The notes beneath the pieces were generated by a model. It saw nothing but the letters and a program-made list of their open reading frames with translations. It did not search any database and was not told the origin of the DNA. A stretch of 7,521 nt of DNA from Promethearchaeia archaeon (GTDB lineage: Archaea > Asgardarchaeota > Lokiarchaeia > Sigyniarchaeales > SOKP01): positions 1-7,521 of the forward strand of contig JAWOFX010000102.1 in the NCBI GenBank assembly GCA_046497275.1, read 5' to 3'. This document shows, piece after piece, positions 1 to 5,757 of this stretch. Each line of letters begins with the position of its first letter. Within the stretch, counting starts at the first letter, position 1. A program made the position numbers and the translations under genes.

Positions 1-25
1 AAATTCTTGAGTTTATAAGATAACA
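1..25 (+). repeat. Left arm of a 25-bp inverted repeat (partner at 2017-2041)
   Basis: 1-25 AAATTCTTGAGTTTATAAGATAACA versus reverse complement of 2017-2041 AATTTCTTGAGTTTATAAGTTAACA: 23/25 identical, with a perfect 16-bp core (4-19 / 2023-2038). May extend left of the window. Confidence 0.85.
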
Positions 26-175
26 TTTTTTTTATAATTTTAATCTTCTTAATTCATTGTATGACGACGACATTTTTTTAACTTTCTTCATTTTCATTTT
101 CATTCCTAAATATTCCTTAATTCTTGACGAATAATCCATTCATTTCACGTAGCAATATTCCTCATTTCAAGATTA

Positions 176-189
176 GTGTAGTGCCTAAC
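176..189 (+). repeat. Imperfect 14-bp direct repeat, left copy (partner at 1938-1951)
   Basis: GTGTAGTGCCTAAC (176-189) versus GTGTAATCCCTAAC (1938-1951): 12/14 identical, on either side of the transposase ORF. Confidence 0.5.
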
Positions 190-244
190 AATCGAACTAT
201 CATCCTTAGTTAAGACTTATTAATAATATGAAATATCCGATTAT

Positions 245-252
245 TTTAAATA
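245..252 (+). promoter_or_regulatory. Archaeal TATA-like box for a probably leaderless transposase transcript
   Basis: TTTAAATA ending 23 nt before the ATG at 275, with no obvious Shine-Dalgarno motif. AT-rich background lowers specificity. Confidence 0.45.
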
Positions 253-274
253 TGCGTATGACCTAATATATACC

Positions 275-1927
275 ATGGTTCATTTAATCAAAAAAGTAAT
301 TAAAGGCAATACCTACCTTTATCTTGCAGCGAGTGCCCGAATTGATGGAAAACCGAAAAGAATTTGGCAAAAATATCTGGGTCCCGAAGATAAATACAAT
401 GAATTAACGAAATTGATGATGGAACCTGCGCCAAACATAACAACGCTTGATTTTGGACTCCCGATTGCACTCTTACAATTAGTTAAAAAACTCGAGCTCA
501 TTGAGATTATTAACGAATGTACGAACAAGCGATCCCAAGGTCTCTCTGTAGGGCATTATATTGTTTTGGCAGCTATTAACAGGTGCGTAAAGCCTACCTC
601 TAAGGCAAAACTGCGCCGCTGGTTCGAGCACACCGCCCTTTTCAAGGAATTTCCGTCCATTGACACCTATTTAGATTCCATGGCATATACGAATCATTTC
701 AAGTACTTAACTCCTGATGTCATCGAGAAGATCGAAGTATATATTAATAAGAAGTTAATTGAAGAATTTAATGTGTCCATGAACACGTTGTTTTATGACC
801 CGACTAATTTCTTTACTTACATCAATCCAAATGAGGGTGTGGAACTTCCAAGACACGGTCATTCTAAGGAAAATCGATTCACGCTCAATTTGGTGGGATT
901 GACCTTGTTTTGTACGAAGGATGGGGGGCTGCCAGTATTTCACGATATCTATCCCGGAAATGTTCAAGATGCTAAAGCATTCAAAGAACAAGTTCCGCAC
1001 TTACTTGAGGGGTTAAAGCGAGTGAATATCGATCCCGAGGAGATTTGCCTTGTATTTGATAAGGGAAACCTTTCTCCGGAAGCTTTTGAGCAAATCAAAG
1101 ATGCTAATATTCGGTTTATCTGTTCCATCCGTCCTAGCACGCAAAACGAATTTGACGAGTTAACACCTGCCGATTTTCCACTCAAAAAACTTCCGAATGG
1201 AAAGGAGATCGGCGTCTTAGAATTTGAACGGCAACTATACGGAATAGGTGGCAGACTTTTGGTGGTGTATAATCCACGCATGAAAGCATGGCAAGAAAAA
1301 AATCTCAAGGTAAAACTCGAAAAGAAAATTAAAACTGTTCACGAATGGTTTACTGATCGTCTGAACGTGAAAAAATGGAGAAAACCGGAAAATGTTGAGA
1401 AAAAAATAAAAAGTATCCTTAAGACCAAGAAACATCTCGAATTAGTGGATTATTCCGTTTCTGGGACATTTGGAAATGTCTCGTATCATATAACTCTCAA
1501 TGAAAAGGCACTGAAAAACCATCTGGATACGCTCGGGAAGAGCTTTTTTCTCTCCAACCATCCCACTATGGCACCCTTAGATCTCGCATGGGTATATCGG
1601 CAACAGTACACGGTAGAAAGAGCATTTAAATACATAAAATCCCCTCATCTCCTCTCCATACGCCCGATGTTCCATTGGACGGATGATAGTATCCGCGGGC
1701 ATTTATTCACCTGCGTACTTGGACTATTACTTTTAACGCTCTTGACCCGAGAAATCCAACTCGGTTTTAAACAAATGAGTCTTTGGAATATCGTGGATCT
1801 TCTTTCAGAAATCGAATTAGCAATTGTTGATTACGAGGGGTCCAAAAAGACCATCAAAAAACTTGTTGAGATCTCTTCAGAAGCTACGGAATTGTCTCAA
1901 TTTTTAGAGCTCGAAGCATTTATATAA
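275..1927 (+). CDS. IS1634-family DDE transposase (550 aa)
   Basis: N-terminal KKVIKGNTYLYLAASARIDGKPKRIWQKYLG; catalytic-type motifs LFYDPTNFF (D1), GHSKENR, LVFDKGN (D2), YRQQYTVERAFKYIK (E; YREK-like with Q) and RPMFHWTDDSIRGHLFTCVLG. No internal stops or frameshifts. Confidence 0.93.
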   Translation: MVHLIKKVIKGNTYLYLAASARIDGKPKRIWQKYLGPEDKYNELTKLMMEPAPNITTLDFGLPIALLQLVKKLELIEIINECTNKRSQGLSVGHYIVLAAINRCVKPTSKAKLRRWFEHTALFKEFPSIDTYLDSMAYTNHFKYLTPDVIEKIEVYINKKLIEEFNVSMNTLFYDPTNFFTYINPNEGVELPRHGHSKENRFTLNLVGLTLFCTKDGGLPVFHDIYPGNVQDAKAFKEQVPHLLEGLKRVNIDPEEICLVFDKGNLSPEAFEQIKDANIRFICSIRPSTQNEFDELTPADFPLKKLPNGKEIGVLEFERQLYGIGGRLLVVYNPRMKAWQEKNLKVKLEKKIKTVHEWFTDRLNVKKWRKPENVEKKIKSILKTKKHLELVDYSVSGTFGNVSYHITLNEKALKNHLDTLGKSFFLSNHPTMAPLDLAWVYRQQYTVERAFKYIKSPHLLSIRPMFHWTDDSIRGHLFTCVLGLLLLTLLTREIQLGFKQMSLWNIVDLLSEIELAIVDYEGSKKTIKKLVEISSEATELSQFLELEAFI

Positions 1928-1937
1928 ATTGTTTTTT

Positions 1938-1951
1938 GTGTAATCCCTAAC
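1938..1951 (+). repeat. Imperfect 14-bp direct repeat, right copy
   Basis: GTGTAATCCCTAAC, 10 nt after the transposase stop; 12/14 match to 176-189. Confidence 0.5.
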
Positions 1952-1997
1952 TTTTTTATCACATTTATAGATAATGCCATCTTTCATAGTTATAGAG

Positions 1998-2036
1998 AAA
2001 AAAAAACTTGAGTTCTTGTTAACTTATAAACTCAAG
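1998..2036 (-). terminator. Hairpin plus T9 terminator-like element downstream of the GPH transporter
   Basis: On the minus strand, 19 nt after the stop at 2056: CTTGAGTT-(14 nt)-AACTCAAG (8-bp stem, 2007-2014/2029-2036) followed directly by nine T (A-run 1998-2006). Confidence 0.6.
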
Positions 2037-2041
2037 AAATT
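2017..2041 (-). repeat. Right arm of the 25-bp inverted repeat (partner at 1-25)
   Basis: TGTTAACTTATAAACTCAAGAAATT; its reverse complement matches 1-25 at 23/25 positions. Confidence 0.85.
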
Positions 2042-2055
2042 ATATATTTTTTTAA

Positions 2056-3447
2056 TTACATCGTCTCTTTTCGTTTTTTATCATGCAAGTCTTCCTTTAA
2101 TCTTTCATTTTCAGCAACTCTTTCTTGAGTCAAAGGATAGAAATATAGCAAAATTAACGCAATTACCAATACAATTACTGGCCAGTAAATTTGGACAATT
2201 GGAAGTATTATTGGTCCTTGAGCAGGATCTCGAAGCTCATAATCTCCCCACCCTGCCCCACCAAAAACTAAAGCAAGAACGATAAGATTTATGGCACCAG
2301 ATAATCTATTAAATAATGCAACCACTCCGTAATAAGCTCCTTCTCTTCTTACACTAATACCGGAACGTACTTCATCATCATCAATCAACTCGGCTATTCC
2401 TTGATCATAAATATATAAAGACCCCCCAAGCCCAATTCCAACGAATATAATGAATATGTATGCAGTTAATTCATCGGTTGCAAATAGAAATAAGAGAAGA
2501 GAGGCTGCCCAGAATCCTGCTGCCATCATATAAGACTTTCTTACTCCAAATCTCTTTCTTAAGTACATCCAAAGAGGTGTTGAAGCTGCGGAAACAATGA
2601 GACCAACCAGCATTATTAAACCAGGATCCTCTGAATTAAGTAATTCATCGGCATATATTGGTATTACAGTTGGAAGAATTCCATAAACAATGAAAATCGC
2701 AAGGGCTATAACACAATAAATCATAAATGCTTTATTCTTAAATGTGATTTTATAAGATTCTTTCCAACTTGGTGCATTTTCTACGTCTTTGGAAAACTCC
2801 TTTCTTTCGAAGCATCCGAATTTTATCATAATCCCTATGGTTACACCCACAATAATAGCTGCAACGATACCATTAATTACATAAGGCATTGGATTACCTG
2901 CAACAGGAGCCCCAACTATGATTTCCGGTAGTAAAAAAGCTAAACCAACCCCCAAAATAGTGAATATATTTCTCCATATTCCTAATGAACTTCTATCTTC
3001 CATCGTAAGGAACATTTCAGGCCATAATCCATTAAAATTAACTGTATACGTTGTAAAAACTAAATCAAAAACAATTAAAATTATTACTAAATACAAGAAG
3101 GTCAAGAAATCATTTCCGGTTGGAGGTGTCCAGACTAATATCATTAATATACAGAGTGGAATCGTTGAGATATAGATCCATGGTTTTCTCCTTCCCCACT
3201 TTGTTTTTGTTCGATCTGATAATACGCCAATAAGAGGATCATCGATAGCATCCCAAATTGAATAGATAACAAATGCTAATGCGTACCAATAAATACTTAG
3301 ACCAATTACTGTATAATAAAATGTGAATCCAAGGAATAGAAAACTCTGTAGTGAAAGATTGTCCGCGAGTGTACCATTTGCGTAAGCAACACGAGTACCA
3401 AACGAAGTCTCTAAACCAATTTCTTTTTCAGATTTTTTTTGAGACAT
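2056..3447 (-). CDS. MFS transporter, glycoside-pentoside-hexuronide (GPH/MelB-like) cation symporter family (about 463 aa)
   Basis: Many hydrophobic segments consistent with a 12-TM MFS fold; GPH motifs WDAIDDPLIGVLSDRTKTKWGRRKPW and DDDE...RREGAYYG; C-terminal YPLT. Start moved from 3519 to the ATG at 3447 (MSQKKSE) because the extra 24 codons run through low-complexity A/T tracts and a TATA-like box lies about 22 nt upstream of 3447. Confidence 0.9.
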   Translation of the reverse strand: MSQKKSEKEIGLETSFGTRVAYANGTLADNLSLQSFLFLGFTFYYTVIGLSIYWYALAFVIYSIWDAIDDPLIGVLSDRTKTKWGRRKPWIYISTIPLCILMILVWTPPTGNDFLTFLYLVIILIVFDLVFTTYTVNFNGLWPEMFLTMEDRSSLGIWRNIFTILGVGLAFLLPEIIVGAPVAGNPMPYVINGIVAAIIVGVTIGIMIKFGCFERKEFSKDVENAPSWKESYKITFKNKAFMIYCVIALAIFIVYGILPTVIPIYADELLNSEDPGLIMLVGLIVSAASTPLWMYLRKRFGVRKSYMMAAGFWAASLLLFLFATDELTAYIFIIFVGIGLGGSLYIYDQGIAELIDDDEVRSGISVRREGAYYGVVALFNRLSGAINLIVLALVFGGAGWGDYELRDPAQGPIILPIVQIYWPVIVLVIALILLYFYPLTQERVAENERLKEDLHDKKRKETM

Positions 3448-3468
3448 GAATTTATTTTGTTTTTCTTT

Positions 3469-3476
3469 GTATAAAA
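3469..3476 (-). promoter_or_regulatory. TATA-like box for the GPH transporter
   Basis: TTTTATAC on the minus strand about 22-29 nt upstream of the ATG at 3447. Confidence 0.35.
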
Positions 3477-3625
3477 AATTAAAATCTATTGAGAATTTTT
3501 TTAAAAAAAAATCCAACAATATAAAGAGAGAATAAATTTTATTTAAATGCTGTAAAAATAGGAAAAGAATTTAGTCTTTATGAATTAATAATAATTAAAT
3601 TACACCTTTCGATGTGATATTTAAT

Positions 3626-4591
3626 ATGACAGATTGGAATTTACCTCCGCAAGGAGGACATATGGATTTACCTGATGGCATATATCTTCAAACTATGTCG
3701 ATTAAGGAAATAAATGACCGATTAAAAGAAAATGATATAATTATCATTCCTATCGGTTCTACCGAAAATCACGGACCTGCTGCGTGTATAGGAGAAGATA
3801 CATTTCTTGTGACAAGAATGGCCGAATTAATCGCCCAAAAAACAGGATGTACCGTTGCAGAGCCGATTTGGTACGGAAGTCATCCTTATCATCATGTTGG
3901 AATGCCTGGTTCTATTATTGTGCCTGAAGAGATTTTTAAAGGGATGATTCGAGCTGTAATTGCTGGATTATGGAACATGGGATTTCGAAAACAGATATTA
4001 TTAAACGGACATGGACAAGAGTACGTGATCCCATCAGCTATTCATGAATGGGCGAAAAACTATCAATTACCGGCCGTTCTCTGCAATGTGAATTGGTATC
4101 ATGCAATTCCTCAACAATGTATGGATCGAGAACATGGTGGTCCATTCGATACCCCTTTTATACATGCGGACGAGGCAGAAACCTCATTTTCGATGGCTCT
4201 CTTTCCAGAAATGATACATATTGAAGAAGCAGCAGATAATGAACCTCAAGGTTGGATGCCAGAGGGACACGTTGATAAAGCGGGGAATATTTATCAAAGA
4301 CCCATAAAGTGGTATGGACAAGTAGGATTTGGACCAATTGAAATCTCCGCTTATCCTGAGGGAAATGTTGGTAGTCCAAGTAAAGCATCATTGGAAAAAG
4401 GGAAACCTGGCATAGAAGATCTCTTAGATTACTTAGAAAAATTAGTTAATGATATTTTAGAGACGTTTCCACCCGGTAAATTGCCTCCTATAGAAGGAAT
4501 AACTCAAAGAGATCCAGAAGAGGTAAAAAGATATATTAAAGGTCCTCTAAAAGGGGGAAAAAGTATTTATGAATTACGCTATCCGCCCTAA
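3626..4591 (+). CDS. iolN: 3-dehydro-scyllo-inosose hydrolase (IolN-like, creatininase/amidohydrolase family; about 321 aa)
   Basis: Creatininase-fold metal motifs PIGSTENHGP, GEDT, NGHGQE and HADEAETS, plus long blocks I recognise from Thermotoga IolN (GEDTFLVTRMAE, EPIWYGxHPYHHxGMPG, WNxGFRKQILLNGHGQE, NWYHAI, TPFIHADE, GHxDKAGN, AYPEG, LLDYLEKLV). Start set at ATG 3626, preceded by GTGAT, rather than GTG 3614. Confidence 0.85.
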   Translation: MTDWNLPPQGGHMDLPDGIYLQTMSIKEINDRLKENDIIIIPIGSTENHGPAACIGEDTFLVTRMAELIAQKTGCTVAEPIWYGSHPYHHVGMPGSIIVPEEIFKGMIRAVIAGLWNMGFRKQILLNGHGQEYVIPSAIHEWAKNYQLPAVLCNVNWYHAIPQQCMDREHGGPFDTPFIHADEAETSFSMALFPEMIHIEEAADNEPQGWMPEGHVDKAGNIYQRPIKWYGQVGFGPIEISAYPEGNVGSPSKASLEKGKPGIEDLLDYLEKLVNDILETFPPGKLPPIEGITQRDPEEVKRYIKGPLKGGKSIYELRYPP

Positions 4592-4608
4592 TTTAAAATT
4601 CATCAATG

Positions 4609-4622
4609 TTTCTTTTTCTTTT
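4609..4622 (+). terminator. Archaeal-type T-rich terminator candidate after iolN
   Basis: TTTCTTTTTCTTTT 17 nt after the stop codon, in the gap between convergent genes. Confidence 0.35.
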
Positions 4623-4645
4623 AAATATTTGAGGAGTCCTAAATA

Positions 4646-5119
4646 TTATTCAATTTCTGACCCACAATAAGGACAATATATACTAGATTCGTCTGTATAT
4701 ACTCCACATCGTGGACAATATTTAGTTTTATTTTTTAGGACTTCCTTAACAGGATAGCTTTTAAAGTGACCACTTTTAGATGAGAATAACCCTTTTATTT
4801 TTCCAGATCCTCTTAAATCAAAGATAATGTCTCTTAAATCTTCTCTTGGAATACCTGTTTTTTGAGCAATTTCCTCTACAGAGACATTAGGATCCGATTT
4901 AAATTCTAAAATCACCTTATTCTTAAACCTTTCTCTATTTTGAAGAGCAAATAATTCATACCCTACAATAGTTAATCCTACCGCAATTAAAAACCATCCT
5001 CCCCACGATTTCAAGGACCAATTAATGAATATATAAATCCCCCATATAAAGAGCGCTCCTGCAATAAACAATAATAGAATTGACAAAGTTTTGTATCGAT
5101 TTCTCTTTCTATACTGCAT
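4646..5119 (-). CDS. Membrane-anchored winged-helix (PCI-like) + zinc-ribbon protein, paralogue A (157 aa)
   Basis: Two N-terminal hydrophobic segments; HTH/WH-like SVEEIAQKTGIPREDLRDIIFDLRGSGKIKGLFSSKSG; C-terminal YCPRCG...YCPYCG. GTGAT motif 3 nt before the ATG. Collinear with 5758..6315. The CDS is secure; the domain identity is inferred. Confidence 0.8.
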   Translation of the reverse strand: MQYRKRNRYKTLSILLLFIAGALFIWGIYIFINWSLKSWGGWFLIAVGLTIVGYELFALQNRERFKNKVILEFKSDPNVSVEEIAQKTGIPREDLRDIIFDLRGSGKIKGLFSSKSGHFKSYPVKEVLKNKTKYCPRCGVYTDESSIYCPYCGSEIE

Positions 5120-5144
5120 AATATCACGTCTAATTATACGGTTA

Positions 5145-5152
5145 TATTTAAA
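5145..5152 (-). promoter_or_regulatory. TATA-like box for paralogue A
   Basis: TTTAAATA on the minus strand ending about 26 nt before the ATG at 5119. Confidence 0.4.
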
Positions 5153-5321
5153 TATTTGAATTTTTCATTTTAAAACTAGGGTTTATAGATTATTGAGAAA
5201 GGAAAAGAAACTGGGAATTTATATCTAGTTTTTGGACAAATAGAAAATTATATTAATTCATTCGCTTTTGTATTATAATAACTAAGTATCATCAGTAATG
5301 ATGGATAATTTAGATTAAAAG

Positions 5322-5678
5322 ATGACTGTAACTTTCGATCTTGACTCTATTCTAGAGAATTTGATGGACAAATTAGGGGAGAAAATATATTTTATTATTA
5401 TCTCTTCAGAAAATGGGGTTGTTATTAAGTCATATATCAATGAAGATGAATTTAATAAATCAGCTATAAGTTTAAATATATCTCAAGTTTATGAATCTTC
5501 TGAAGAGATAACGGATTCAATTGGAATCCATAAACCTGATTTTACGCTTATTCATAGTGATAATTTTTATATCTTATCTATGAAACTCTTAGATAATATT
5601 TTCATCTTATTAATGGAAGATCAAGTAGATTTAGGATTAGTGTTTCAAATTATTAATAGTTGTATTATCCCTTCTTAA
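5322..5678 (+). CDS. Roadblock/LC7 (MglB/LAMTOR-like) domain protein (118 aa)
   Basis: Size and pattern helix - FIIISSENGVVI (two strands with a G turn) - helix - three strands (FTLIHSDNFYILSMKLLDNIFILLM) - C-terminal VDLGLVFQII helix match the Roadblock fold. Confidence 0.75.
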   Translation: MTVTFDLDSILENLMDKLGEKIYFIIISSENGVVIKSYINEDEFNKSAISLNISQVYESSEEITDSIGIHKPDFTLIHSDNFYILSMKLLDNIFILLMEDQVDLGLVFQIINSCIIPS

Positions 5679-5679
5679 A

Positions 5680-5697
5680 CAGTTATTTCAATAACTG
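5680..5697. promoter_or_regulatory. Perfect 8-2-8 dyad: candidate operator or small terminator hairpin
   Basis: CAGTTATT-TC-AATAACTG, 1 nt after the Roadblock stop and just before TATTTAAAT (5701-5709). Confidence 0.5.
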
Positions 5698-5757
5698 GTC
5701 TATTTAAATTTATTATTTTTAAAACATTTTAGCTTCTTAGAAATAAAAAAATAAAAT

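Larger units (their letters stand above)
176..1951 (+). mobile_element. IS1634-family insertion sequence (boundaries uncertain; alternative extent about 1-2041)
   Basis: Single full-length IS1634-type transposase, more GC-rich than the host-like genes (spot count 841-900 = 26/60 GC versus 15/60 at 5401-5460). Boundaries are taken from the flanking direct repeat. No clean terminal inverted repeat pair is visible next to the ORF. Confidence 0.6.

Noticed and set aside
32-139. 35-aa minus-strand ORF MDYSSRIKEYLGMKMKMKKVKKMSSSYNELRRLKL and the (TTCATT)3 repeat at 87-104
   Set aside because: Short and largely produced by the low-complexity hexamer repeat; no RBS or motif. Cannot be fully excluded as a small protein.
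319-1435. Four minus-strand ORFs (319..528, 755..1000, 964..1308, 1235..1435)
   Set aside because: All lie antisense within the transposase and show no recognisable motifs; typical shadow ORFs.
1974-2285. 103-aa plus-strand ORF
   Set aside because: Overlaps the 3' end of the GPH gene antisense and crosses the terminator/A-tract region; no family signal.
2918-3175. 85-aa plus-strand ORF
   Set aside because: Antisense shadow of the GPH transporter.
3448-3519. 24-codon N-terminal extension of the GPH ORF
   Set aside because: Runs through poly-A/T tracts and the probable promoter; 3447 is the more plausible start.
4158-4391. 77-aa minus-strand ORF
   Set aside because: Antisense shadow inside iolN.
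5172-5232. AAAACTAG...CTAGTTTT inverted repeat with a 45-bp spacer
   Set aside because: Only 8 bp, AT-rich and widely spaced; not distinguishable from chance, and the interior does not look like a MITE or tRNA.
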